A DNA stretch of 64,000 nucleotides from Macrostomum lignano. Lineage: Eukaryota. The DNA lies in assembly GCA_002269645.1 (NCBI GenBank), contig NIVC01001476.1, positions 124,001-188,000 on the forward strand, in the 5' to 3' direction. Positions 9,625-23,690 of the stretch are shown in pieces (the first letter of the stretch is position 1; each line of letters starts with the position of its first letter). Under the pieces are notes generated by a model, which saw only the letters and a list, made by a program, of their open reading frames with translations, made no database searches and was not told the DNA's origin. Made by a program: the position numbers and the translations under genes.

Positions 9625-12600
9625 ATGGAGATCACTGTTGACGGGCCGTCAGCCTGCATTGTGATTGTCGGTTAGTTTAATAAACTGATTTCAATTCATA
9701 ACTATTCAACTTTACTATAATTATCTTCAATGACTTCGACGAATTCAATTCCAGGCGCCTTTCTGATGCAATTCATCGTCATTGGCTATCTGAAGTCTGC
9801 GGGAATTTTGATGCGCGAGTTTCAGGCCTATTTTAACTGCTCCAACACTCTGATCCTGTTTGTCACGTCCACTACCCTATCGCTGATCAACATTCTCTGT
9901 GAGCTATTTTGTTTAAATGGGGGAGGGTGAATTCGACTATACCAAAGGTTATATCGTGGAAGATTTCTTATAGGCCACTTTTTAATGCTAGTGACAGTCA
10001 AATGTCACTGACAGTCAAATGTCACTGACAGTCAAATGTCACTGACAGTCAAATGTCACTGACAGTCAAATGTCACTGACAGTCAATTGTCACTGACAAT
10101 CAAATGTCACTGACAGTCAATTGTCACTGACAATCAAATGTCACTGACAATCAAATGTCACTGACAGTCAAATGTCACTGACAATCAAATGTCACTGACA
10201 GTCAAATGTCACTGACAGTCAAATGCCACTGACAGTCAAATGCCACTGACAGTCAAATGTCACTGACAGTCAAATGCTACTGACAGTCAAATGCCACTGA
10301 CAGTCAAATGTCACTGACAATCAAATGTCCCTGACAATCAAATGCCACTGACAGTCAAATGCCACTGACAGTCAATTGTCACTGACAATCAAATGTCACT
10401 GACAATCAAATGCCACTGACAGTCAAATGTCACTGACAATCAAATGTCACTGACAATCAAATGTCACTGACAGTCAAATGCCACTGACAGTCAAATGCCA
10501 CTGACAGTCAAATGTCACTGACAGTCAAATGTAAAAGAGACTGTTTTATGTTCCAACATATAAAATAGAAATTCTGGCTATGAATTTATTTTATTACGAC
10601 TGTTAAAGCCAAAAATACTCGTAACAAGCAGGAGTGAGCGAGAGCGAGAGGCGAAGCTTCTTTATTGGTTTAACAAGGGTTTATATAGCATTTTGGGTCT
10701 TTCCTTCATGAGAGATGTTCCCTTTGTACATTTCTGCAGCTTCCTATTGGCTGAGACAAAGGGTTGTTTTCCTCAGATTTTGCTTGCTGGGGAAATTAAT
10801 TGGTTGGCAATTACATTCAAAGCTGGATTAGAAACTTTAGATTACTTTAATGATAGCTATCTCTGTATGAGTGCATGGATTAAGTCATTTTTAGTATAAA
10901 GGATTTGAATTGTTATATCCCTATCCGGGGGGGGGGGTGTCGCGCGGTTCACACCCATGAGGGCCAACCCCCAAGGTACAGAGAGTGTACATGCCTGAGG
11001 AATAGAGAGTCAGGGCCGATGTACACCCTGTGTGAGCGTGTGTGCGAGTGCAGTATTAGCGTGCTCAGGAGCAAGCGGAATGGGCAGAATTGCCCCTGCG
11101 CTGGTGTGTGGGACGATGTTGCCGAAGGCGTTGCACCAGGGTGCCCGCAGTCATGCAGAAGAATGCGCAACGGCAGTTGGCAAAAAATTATATTTTTAGA
11201 GTTTCAGAGTAGAGTTTTCTGTAGAATCTACAACAGCGCCCGTTCCGCAATCTCCAGCTCCGCTATTCAGTGTCCTCTCTCGCCGGGTGCCCCTCCGATG
11301 GATGGTGGTCACGAGCGGCCTGACAATCTGCCTATCCATGTGCCTGTTGTACTTGGCCTTCAGCCTGCCGTTGTGGGTGGCCTGTCTGGGCTTCTGCACC
11401 GGAGCCTGTCTGTCCGCCTGCTACAGCTCCGTCATCTGCAAGGTCAACGAGTGCTTCGAGCGCAGGCGCGATCTAGCCAACGGCATCTGCTTCGCCGGCA
11501 GCAGCGCAGGCGCCGTGGCCATGCCGCTGGTGTTCACTGAACTGGCCGATCGCTACTCCGTGTCCGGTTGCTGCCTACTAATTGGGGCCTACTTTCTGCA
11601 CCTGGTCATTGTTGGCATGCTAATACCTACTAGCATTGTTACGCAGAAGCATAGCGATACAGACAGCCAGGACGCGCCGAAGAAGGTAGCGCCGGACGCT
11701 CATGGCGCCAGTTTCGTCGGCAGTTCTTCGCAGTTTGGCAGCAGGTTTGGCGAACTGGCCGGCTGTCCAACTCCGTCGGCTAAGCCAGGTGGTGCAAGGT
11801 ACGCGTCCATTAAGGCCGCTTCACTTAACTGCCAGTATGGCTCCACGAGCGAAAGATTACTCAAATCAATTTTTAAATTGGTCTGAACCAATTGTACATT
11901 GCCTCGGGCCTGGTTGTGGGACAGCCCTCACAACCTTTCTACAATTACTATTAGTATTAGCAACCAAATGTACATTTATTTGAGCAATCTTTAACCAAGG
12001 ACCACTAAATGTTGTCTTTGTTATTTTGAAGCTATTTGTGGTAATAGGGTTATATATAAAGCATAGGGTTATAAATCTCGTGGAGGCTATTTTTAGAAAC
12101 CATGTATGCACGTTTGCAAGATAGCTTAAGAATATAGTGCACTAAATGTACACTTGTACACCATCGTACGCTGAACTATTTTTAGAAATTTATTAGAACT
12201 ACGCAAGTCTTACCATTTTAGCGCAAGAACATTTAGGTGCAATTTGATTGGCTGGTGGGTTTACTGTCTGCCCCAACCTCAAACCGAGCAATGTTTTATT
12301 TTGCTAAATCATTCTTTAATTACTCCTTAATGTACACCGGCCTTTCGAATGTCTGCAAATAGAATTGGGACTGCATTTCAAGGGTTCTTAAAGAATCCGG
12401 ATTCCCCGATCTCTTCATGTCTACGTCTGATGTTAGATAGGAAATAAGTCAACGACAGCTAAAACCAATCTTTAATCTTTATCTGAAGCATCCGCGGTTG
12501 CTTTCCTTCAGAAGCAGATCCTCAACTGGCAGATATTCGTGCTCCGATGGTCAACCTGGCCGTCAGCGGCAGGACAGCTCGGCACGCGGCCGCTTAGCCA

Positions 12601-15600
12601 GTCTGTCCCGAAGTCAGCGCATCCTGACATTGATCTACATTGTAGCCACCATGCTGTCTAATCTGGGCTTCACAACGCAGTACGTTGTGTATCCGCTGTT
12701 CCTGGCCGAATTCGCCGTGCCTGCCAGCACCACTGCCGTGCTGGTGGCAGTTAGCGGTGAGTTGGTTTAGCGGCCTGCTGCTCTGCAATAATGCTTTGAA
12801 GAGAGAGGGAGAAAGGGAGAGAGTGTGTGTGTTCATGCCTGTTGATGAAAAGGTCTGGGGTTGCACATCCTGCGTGAGCGCATGTCTGCGTACGTACATG
12901 TAGCTCGTACCCGCGTGAGCGTGCGTGCACAGAAGATCACCGGAATGTGCATGACCCCTTGATTTTCAGCAGTACCCAAAAGCCAATCCCCTGTAATTAA
13001 CAAACTAACCAACTGACCAACAAACTAACCAACCAACCAACCAACCAACCAACCAACCAACCAACCAACCAACCAACCAACCAACCAACCAACCAACCAA
13101 CCAACCAACCAACCAACCAACCAACCAACCAACCAACCAACCAACCAACCAACCAACCAACCAACCAACCAACCAACCAACCAACCAACCAACCAACCAA
13201 CCAACCAACCAACCAACCAACCAACCAACCAACCAACCAACCAACCAACCAACCAACCAACCAACCAACCAACCAACCAACCAACCAACCAACCAACCAA
13301 CCAACCAACCAACCAACCAACCAACCAACCAACCAACCAACCAACCAACCAACCAACCAACCAACCAACCAACCAACCAACCAACCAACCAACCAACCAA
13401 CCAACCAACCAACCAACCAACCAACCAACCAACCAACCAACCAACCAACCAACCAACCAACCAACCAACCAACCAACCAACCAACCAACCAACCAACCAA
13501 CCAACCAACCAACCAACCAACCAACCAACCAACCAACCAACCAACCAACCAACCAACCAACCAACCAACCAACCAACCAACCAACCAACCAACCAACCAA
13601 CCAACCAACCAACCAACCAACCAACCAACCAACCAACCAACCAACCAACCAACCAACCAACCAACCAACCAACCAACCAACCAACCAACCAACCAACCAA
13701 CCAACCAACCAACCAACCAACCAACCAACCAACCAACCAACCAACCAACCAACCAACCAACCAACCAACCAACCAACCAACCAACCAACCAACCAACCAA
13801 CCAACCAACCAACCAACCAACCAACCAACCAACCAACCAACCAACCAACCAACCAACCAACCAAACCAACCAACCAACCAACCAACCAACCAACCAACCA
13901 ACCAACCAACCAACCAACCAACCAACCAACCAACCAACCAACCCAACCAACCAACCAACCAACCAACCAACCAACCAACCAACCAACCAACCAACCAACC
14001 AACCAACCAACCAACCAACCAACCAACCAACCAACCAACCAACCAACCAACCAACCAACCAACCAACCAACCAACCAACCAACCAACCAACCAACCAACC
14101 AACCAACCAACCAACCAACCAACCAACCAACCAACCAACCAACCAACCAACCAACCAACCAACCAACCAACCAACCAACCAACCAACCAACCAACCAACC
14201 AACCAACCAACCAACCAACCAACCAACCAACCAACCAACCAACCAACCAACCAACCAACCAACCAACCAACCAACCAACCAACCAACCAACCAACCAACC
14301 AACCAACCAACCAACCAACCAACCAACCAACCAACCAACCAACCAACCAACCAACCAACCAACCAACCAACCAACCAACCAACCAACCAACCAACCAACC
14401 AACCAACCAACCAACCAACCAACCAACCAACCAACCAACCAACCAACCAACCAACCAACCAACCAACCAACCAACCAACCAACCAACCAACCAACCAACC
14501 AACCAACCAACCAACCAACCAACCAACCAACCAACCAACCAACCAACCAACCAACCAACCAACCAACCAACCAACCAACCAACCAACCAACCAACCAACC
14601 AACCAACCAACCAACCAACCAACCAACCAACCAACCAACCAACCAACCAACCAACCAACCAACCAACCAACCAACCAACCAACCAACCAACCAACCAACC
14701 CAACCAACCAACCAACCAACCAACCAACCAACCAACCAACCAACCAACCAACCAACCAACCAACAACCAACCAACCAACCAACCAACCAACCAACCAACC
14801 AACCAACCAACCAACCAACCACCAACCAACCAACCAACCAACAACCAACCAACCAACCAACCAACCAACCAACCAACCAACCAACCAACCAACCAACCAA
14901 CCAACCAACCAACCAACCAACCAACCAACCAACCAACCAACCAACCAACCAACCAACCAACCAACCAACCAACCAACCAACCAACCAACCAACCAACCAA
15001 CCAACCAACCAACCAACCAACCAACCAACCAACCAACCAACCAACCAACCAACCAACCAACCAACCAACCAACCAACCAACCAACCAACCAACCAACCAA
15101 CCAACCAACCAACCAACCAACCAACCAACCAACCAACCAACCAACCAACCAACCAACCAACCAACCAACCAACCAACCAACCAACCAACCAACCAACCAA
15201 CCAACCAACCAACCAACCAACCAACCAACCAACCAACCAACCAACCAACCAACCAACCAACCAACCAACCAACCAACCAACCAACCAACCAACCAACCAA
15301 CCAACCAACCAACCAACCAACCAACCAACCAACCAACCAACCAACCAACCAACCAACCAACCAACCAACCAACCAACCAACCAACCAACCAACCAACCAA
15401 CCAACCAACCAACCAACCAACCAACCAACCAACCAACCAACCAACCAACCAACCAACCAACCAACCAACCAACCAACCAACCAACCAACCAACCAACCAA
15501 CCAACCAACCAACCAACCAACCAACCAACCAACCAACCAACCAACCAACCAACCAACCAACCAACCAACCAACCAACCAACCAACCAACCAACCAACCAA

Positions 15601-18600
15601 CCAACCAACCAACCAACCAACCAACCAACCAACCAACCAACCAACCAACCAACCAACCAACCAACCAACCAACCAACCAACCAACCAACCAACCAACCAA
15701 CCAACCAACCAACCAACCAACCAACCAACCAACCAACCAACCAACCAACCAACCAACCAACCAACCAACCAACCAACCAACCAACCAACCAACCAACCAA
15801 CCAACCAACCAACCAACCAACCAACCAACCAACCAACCAACCAACCAACCAACCAACCAACCAACCAACCAACCAACCAACCAACCAACCAACCAACCAA
15901 CCAACCAACCAACCAACCAACCAACCAACCAACCAACCAACCAACCAACCAACCAACCAACCAACCAACCAACCAACCAACCAACCAACCAACCAACCAA
16001 CCAACCAACCAACCAACCAACCAACCAACCAACCAACCAACCAAACCAACCAACCAACCAACCAACCAACCAACCAACCAACCAACCAACCAACCAACCA
16101 ACCAACCAACCAACCAACCAACCAACCAACCAACCAACCAACCAACCAACCAACCAACCAACCAACCAACCAACCAACCAACCAACCAACCAACCAACCA
16201 ACCAACCAACCAACCAACCAACCAACCAACCAACCAACCAACCAACCAACCAACCAACCAACCAACCAACCAACCAACCAACCAACCAACCAACCAACCA
16301 ACCAACCAACCAACCAACCAACCAACCAACCAACCAACCAACCAACCAACCAACCAACCAACCAACCAACCAACCAACCAACCAACCAACCAACCAACCA
16401 ACCAACCAACCAACCAACCAACCAACCAACCAACCAACCAACCAACCAACCAACCAACCAACCAACCAACCAACCAACCAACCAACCAACCAACCACCAA
16501 CCAACCAACCAACCAACCAACCAACCAACCAACCAACCAACCAACCAACCAACCAACCAACCAACCAACCAACCAACCAACCAACCAACCAACCAACCAA
16601 CCAACCAACCAACCAACCAACCAACCAACCAACCAACCAACCAACCAACCAACCAACCAACCAACCAACCAACCAACCAACCAACCAACCAACCAACCAA
16701 CCAACCAACCAACCAACCAACCAACCAACCAACCAACCAACCAACCAACCAACCAACCAACCAACCAACCAACCAACCAACCAACCAACCAACCAACCAA
16801 CCAACCAACCAACCAACCAACCAACAACCAACCAACCAACCAACCAACCAACCAACCAACCAACCAACCAACCAACCAACCAACCAACCAACCAACCAAC
16901 CAACCAACCAACCAACCAACCAACCAACCAACCAACCAACCAACCAACCAACCAACCAACCAACCAACCAACCAACCAACCAACCAACCAACCAACCAAC
17001 CAACCAACCAACCAACCAACCAACCAACCAACCAACCAACCAACCAACCAACCAACCAACCAACCAACCAACCAACCAACCAACCAACCAACCAACCAAC
17101 CAACCAACCAACCAACCAACCAACCAACCAACCAACCAACCAACCAACCAACCAACCAACCAACCAACCAACCAACCAACCAACCAACCAACCAACCAAC
17201 CAACCAACCAACCAACCAACCAACCAACCAACCAACCAACCAACCAACCAACCAACCAACCAACCAACCAACCAACCAACCAACCAACCAACCAACCAAC
17301 CAACCAACCAACCAACCAACCAACCAACCAACCAACCAACCAACCAACCAACCAACCAACCAACCAACCAACCAACCAACCAACCAACCAACCAACCAAC
17401 CAACCAACCAACCAACCAACCAACCAACCAACCAACCAACCAACCAACCAACCAACCAACCAACCAACCAACCAACCAACCAACCAACCAACCAACCAAC
17501 CAACCAACCAACCAACCAACCAACCAACCAACCAACCAACCAACCAACCAACCAACCAACCAACCAACCAACCAACCAACCAACCAACCAACCAACCAAC
17601 CAACCAACCAACCAACCAACCAACCAACCAACCAACCAACCAACCAACCAACCAACCAACCAACCAACCAACCAACCAACCAACCAACCAACCAACCAAC
17701 CAACCAACCAACCAACCAACCAACCAACCAACCAACCAACCAACCAACCAACCAACCAACCAACCAACCAACCAACCAACCAACCAACCAACCAACCAAC
17801 CAACCAACCAACCAACCAACCAACCAACCAACCAACCAACCAACCAACCAACCAACCAACCAACCAACCAACCAACCAACCAACCAACCAACCAACCAAC
17901 CAACCAACCAACCAACCAACCAACCAACCAACCAACCAACCAACCAACCAACCAACCAACCAACCAACCAACCAACCAACCAACCAACCAACCAACCAAC
18001 CAACCAACAACCAACCAACCAACCAACCAACCAACCAACCAACCAACCAACCAACCAACCAACCAACCAACCAACCAACCAACCAACCAACCAACCAACC
18101 AACCAACCAACCAACCAACCAACCAACCAACCAACCAACCAACCAACCAACCAACCAACCAACCAACCAACCAACCAACCAACCAACCAACCAACCAACC
18201 AACCAACCAACCAACCAACCAACCAACCAACCAACCAACCAACCAACCAACCAACCAACCAACCAACCAACCAACCAACAACCAACCAACCAACCAACCA
18301 ACCAACCAACCAACCAACCAACCAACCAACCAACCAACCAACCAACCAACCAACCAACCAACCAACCAACCAACCAACCAACCAACCAACCAACCAACCA
18401 ACCAACCAACCAACCAACCAACCAACCAACCAACCAACCAACCAACCAACCAACCAACCAACCAACCAACCAACCAACCAACCAACCAACCAACCAACCA
18501 ACCAACAACCAACCAACCAACCAACCAACCAACCAACCAACCAACCAACCAACCAACCAACCAACAACCAACCAACCAACCAACCAACCAACCAACCAAC

Positions 18601-20431
18601 CAACCAACCAACCAACCAACCAACCAACCAACCCAACCAACCAACCAACCAACCAACCAACCAACCAACCAACCAACCAACCAACCAACCAACCAACCAA
18701 CCAACCAACCAACCAACCAACCAACCAACCAACCAACCAACCAACCAACCAACCAACCAACCAACCAACCAACCAACCAACCAACCAACCAACCAACCAA
18801 CCAACCAACCCAACCAACCAACCAACCAACCAACCAACCAACCAACCAACCAACCAACCAACCAACCAACCAACCAACCAACCAACCAACCAACCAACCA
18901 ACCAACCAACCAACCAACCAACCAACCAACCAACCAACCAACCAACCAACCAACCAACCAACCAACCAACCAACCAACCAACCAACCAACCAACCAACCA
19001 ACCAACCAACCAACCAACCAACCAACCAACCAACCAACCAACCAACCAACCAACCAACCAACCAACCAACCAACCAACCAACCAACCAACCAACCAACCA
19101 ACCAACCAACCAACCAACCAACCAACCAACCAACCAACCAACCAACCAACCAACCAACCAACCAACCAACCAACCAACCAACCAACCAACCAACCAACCA
19201 ACCAACCAACCAACCAACCAACCAACCAACCAACCAACCAACCAACCAACCAACCAACCAACCAACCAACCAACCAACCAACCAACCAACCAACCAACCA
19301 ACCAACCAACCAACCAACCAACCAACCAACCAACCAACCAACCAACCAACCAACCAACCAACCAACCAACCAACCAACCAACCAACCAACCAACCAACCA
19401 ACCAACCAACCAACTAACTAACCTCAGAAAAATTTGACATAACTATAACCGCCTCTTTGCTAGACACTACTCAAAAGTCGCCTGGATTCGCGGCAGACTT
19501 TGCTGCAAATTCATTAGCTTATTGAGAACTGGTAAACCTAACTGTGCCCGAATTGTTCAGGCCTATCAGACCTGGTTGCCCGAGTCCTCACCGGCTGCCT
19601 CTCCGACCGGTTCTCCTGGTGGCGCAAGTCCAGCATCGCCATCTTCGGCATGACCATCATGGGCGTCGTCTGCATTTTCACCGCCTTCTGTTCGGTCAGT
19701 CTGACCGACCCAACCAACCGGACAGTCCTGTTTGCGGCCTATGCGGTGCTGGCTGGCGCCTCAGGCGGCGTGTACATGAGCATAGTGACCAGCATTCTAG
19801 TACTGTTTGTCGGAATCGTCAACCTCAGCATTGTCCACTCCATTGTCTGTTCGTCTTGGACTCTGTCCACTTTTCCCGGCCAGACGCTCCTTGGTAAGTG
19901 GTTTTTCTAGTTTAATACAGATGCATGATCAATGCCTGTCTGACTCGCACGAGGAAATGACAACGAAGAGCTATGCTCGTAAATTGAAATAGTCGACATA
20001 TAGATAAGGTTTCTAGATCATTTAAAGTTTCTATGTTTAAGGACAATTTTTTCTCGGTATTTTATTAAGTCCTTGTGTTTAAAGCTACCATGTACCTATA
20101 TCTCACTGCAACTACAGGCTACCTAAAAGACCGAACGGGTACATTCAAGTATAGCTTCGCCATAGCTGGCCTCTGCATGATCTGTGCAAGTGTTGTGCTA
20201 TTCCTGGAGCGGCTGGTCACACGCGACAATGTTGACGTAAAAGATCAAGAGGCTTTCGCAGGAAGACTTCTGCCCGCAAGCGATGGATGCGGTGGTGCAG
20301 ACGGGGCAGGGAAAAATCTGGTGCCGACGATTAGAATCAGCGAGGATGCTTGCGACGAGTCCCATGTTGACCATGGAATTGCAGAAGTGGCCAATGGGAA
20401 TTCGAATGGAGAAATTCGAGTAGAAAAGTAA
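9625..20431 (+). CDS. MFS transporter, SLC16/monocarboxylate transporter family; join 9625-9670, 9755-9898, 11258-11798, 12512-12756, 19561-19893, 20118-20431 (1623 nt, 540 aa)
   Basis: N-terminus [21 protein letters not shown] matches the PDGGW-type MCT start; [10 protein letters not shown]; [18 protein letters not shown]; [16 protein letters not shown]; [14 protein letters not shown]. All GT-AG joins are in phase and the total length is divisible by 3. An alternative in-frame acceptor exists at 11237. Confidence 0.9.
9990..10532. repeat. 17-bp minisatellite GTCACTGACAGTCAAAT, about 32 copies, internally palindromic
   Basis: Period 17 (10021 to 10038); SLC16 intron 2. Confidence 0.95.
13003..19422. 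repeat. (AACC)n tetranucleotide array, about 6.4 kb (about 1600 units)
   Basis: Direct reading; only scattered single-base indels; occupies most of SLC16 intron 12757-19560. Confidence 0.98.
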
Positions 20432-21637
20432 TATAGTTAGTTTATGTATATTATATAGACAAAGAGAATTTTGTTTTGATTCAAATTGTATTCATATCTA
20501 TTTCTTTTTACATGTAAGTAGATATTGATGTCATTGACACTGCCATGCTGAGTCAAATACCATTACTGTAAAGAATGTTAATGCCTCTTGTGTGTAGAGC
20601 TCATCGGCTCAATTATAGCGATAAAATATAAATTTCGGGCGGGCTTATAGCCGCGTGTCTAGTATACGTACTTATAAAACAGATACAGGAGCAAAGGTCA
20701 TTAGACTAAAGTCACAAACACAATTTCAATATCAATTTTGTGTCTTAAATGTGGCTTAAATGTTCAAACTATCACATAAAATTACAGCTGAGAGAATCAC
20801 ATGTATACGCAGGCCTCCCGCACAACTCAATTAAAAACAAAAATTAAGCAGCATTCAACAATGAAAGAGTAGTCCATTAGAGTTTATATTCATTGTTGGC
20901 ACAACATACTGTACATGTAAAAATATCCAAATTCAACCGTCCAATGGGCATAGAAAGAATACACTCACGGTGTATCTACATAATACTTGCATCTAACGTA
21001 CATATTTATTTGTGTATACGTGACGAACGTAAGTTACAAATGTCAGTACAAGGATTATTGATGAAAAGTGAACGAATATTCGCTATGCGTACCAGCCTAT
21101 TACTTGCAGGCTGCAGCAGCCCACAGCGTAGCTAAAAATAGCTACTGTATAAGCTAAGAATTAGTTGATATCTATTATTATCGAGAGTTTCAATCAAGTA
21201 GTAAAAGGAGGCAGATAGCGCAACCAAGATTAGTGCTAATTATGCATTACATTAGGTGCCGTTAGGATTCGGTTTTGTAATTTTTAACTAAAACAAAGAA
21301 AAGGATTTGACAGCAAATTTACTAAAATAAGGGTTTCGTCTTTAACTTAAAATGTTCTCTTTGCATGCAAGTTTTTCAAACATTTAACGTCATTTGTTTT
21401 TAGAATGTGCAACGTCATTTAATCCCTTATTTCAATTTCTTACAAGACGAAAATTTACGAATGCTTTCAGTTTTTTCAGGTTCATGTTTGTGGTGGTAAA
21501 GCTAAGGCAATTACAAAATAAATTACCACTCGACACTTTACATGCAATAATTTATCGTAACGCAGACTTTTATAAAACATATTCACGATTGCTTTTTGAG
21601 ACTTTGATCTAATAGACGGACTTTACCTCGTTTTATC

Positions 21638-23690
21638 ATGTTCTCAAAGCACAATGTGTTAAGCATTTTCATAATTTGCCATTCAGCCATTGTAATGACT
21701 TCAATTCAGGCTGCTGAGTTAACATTTGAACTGCCTGACAAAAGAAAAGACTGTTTTTACGAAACCCTTGAACTTAATTCAAAGGCTCATTTAGAATTTC
21801 AAGTAAGTATCACCTGGCTTAAAATTGATTTTCTTAATTATAACATACTCATGACTCTCATACTATAGCCATTGTCTTAGAATTAGAGTAAATGTAACAA
21901 ATGTACTTGTATTTAAAAATATTTGATAGTACTGTAGATCAATTAAAAAGTTTTAATCAAGCTAAGCCATTTTAGATCCTAAATTTTTCTTTTAGGAATT
22001 ATACCCATGGCCATACTCAACAACATTGAAAAGTTGCCATCACTCATCACAGAAGATTCTACCTGTGGTCGCGACGTTTAAGAGTGCAGGTAGTCTCTCA
22101 ATCTTTGCAAGTGATGCTATGGGAGATTTGAGTTGAGAAATAAAGTGGTGGGAATGGTATACAAAGGTTAGATAGGCTAGATTAAAGCTACCCTGATCAG
22201 TTTTTTTATATCTTGTTTCAGAATAGTCCAAGAAAAATTGCTCACTGGCACATAGAGTGGCAACTTTTCAATGTTGATGAGTATATACTGTTTATTTATT
22301 GTCATGTTATTAGCCTAGTTGATAATAATAAATCTAGGCATAATGACTAAATAATAAAGTAGTCTTAGAACTTGAAAATACTAAATTGGAGTTGATAAAA
22401 AATATGCATTGTAGGTCTACCTAAAAACCAAGTCATAGAAATGAAAATGAACAAAAAGTAAATAAACAGACACATTTATAAAACTTTGACAAATGTTATA
22501 TAGATGTAAAAAAGTTTTTGATGCTTAAAATATAATAGTTCATTGAAAAAAATAATTTAATAATTAAAAATAGTTTTTTTTATTAAGTTGAGATGGCTCA
22601 GCTCAGGGGTTTTGAATTTTCTAGAATCATTCAATTTTAAATAGACTATTTTTTTAAATTGAATATTAGTGCCACAAAAATTAAAAAAAATATAGTTAAC
22701 ATTAACAACTTAATTACTCTATTAAAGTAGATACAATGCTTAGGTCCCTAGCATTCCAGTTTTCAAAGAAATCTTATATCCACTTAGATTAGAAAAGACA
22801 AGCCATGATCTGAAGAGATGCACTGCCTAATTAGGCTATTATAGAGCTTAGCATTAAATGATTCAATCCTTAAGCCTAGCATTTCTATGAAAAGCACCTA
22901 GGTTAGTAGACACAAAACCTCATATTGCTATTAAATTCATCAGGGTCAGTAGCACTGACTGATTTAGTAACTGTTTTAACAAAGGTTACAGCAGTAGATC
23001 TCAAAACATCTAACATAGTTGAATTTTCATTCTCAGTTTTTCACTGGAAATTTTTATTGTATAATGGTCAAGGAACTGAAGCAGTGCATGAAAAATTGCT
23101 AGCCCTGAGGGACCAACATGCGATTCATTAAGTGCTATTTCACCGAGGAAAATCAAATGAACTTTAAACTCTAAAATATAGCATTATAAGCTAATCCATA
23201 TTGCCAGGTAATCTCGGGAGGCAACTACGACGTAGATGTGCAACTATTTGGACCCAGCGACGAATCAGTTTACACTGGCCAGAAGAAGCAGTACGATAGC
23301 TATCATTTCACTGTTGAAAAAGCTGGCGTCTACAAGGCCTGCTTCTCTAACGAGTTCTCCACATTCACGCACAAGCTAGTCTACATCGATTTTAGCAGCG
23401 GCAAAGAGAAGCCGCTGGTTGCTGGCGACGACAAGCCGAGCGTCCACTCACAACTGGAGACCTCGGCTATGGCCATTCACGAATCCTTGAAAGTCGTCAC
23501 CGACTATCAGACCCATTTCCGGCTCAATGAAGCCAGCGGCAGAATGTTTGCAGAAGATCTGAACGACCGAGTCAGCCTCTGGTCAGTGCTAGAATCCGTT
23601 GTCATAGTGATCATTGGCGTCTCCGAGGTGCTGGTCTTGCGCAGCTTCTTTCCCGACCGGAAGCATGGAACTGGCACTTCCGGGATCTGA
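21638..23690 (+). CDS. TMED7: p24 family protein, TMED7-like (p24gamma); join 21638-21802, 23208-23690 (215 aa)
   Basis: Signal peptide, then LTFELPDKRKDCFYE..LEFQ|VISGGNYDVD, CFSNEFSTFTHKLVY, IHESLKVVTDYQTHFRLNEASGRMFAEDLNDRV, a C-terminal TM helix and LRSFF. Phase-0 GT-AG intron. Confidence 0.9.
22013..22284. mobile_element. MITE-like element with about 26-bp terminal inverted repeats, TA-flanked (Tc1/mariner-type)
   Basis: TACTCAACAACATTGAAAAGTTGCCA (22014-22039) versus TGGCAACTTTTCAATGTTGATGAGTA (22258-22283): one mismatch; in the TMED7 intron. Confidence 0.6.

Noticed and set aside
10905-11236. 5' part of ORF 10905-11540 as a separate gene
   Set aside because: Intronic sequence upstream of the SLC16 exon 3 acceptor; the ORF continues in the wrong frame over that exon.
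12997-19413. Three ORFs of about 2130 aa (LVGW repeats) on the minus strand
   Set aside because: Stop-free translations of (GGTT)n; they lie in an intron of the + strand SLC16 gene and have no coding signature.
13003-19422. Interstitial telomere or chromosome-fusion scar
   Set aside because: The unit is AACC/GGTT, not TTAGGG-type; it has one orientation only and intact in-phase exons on both sides.
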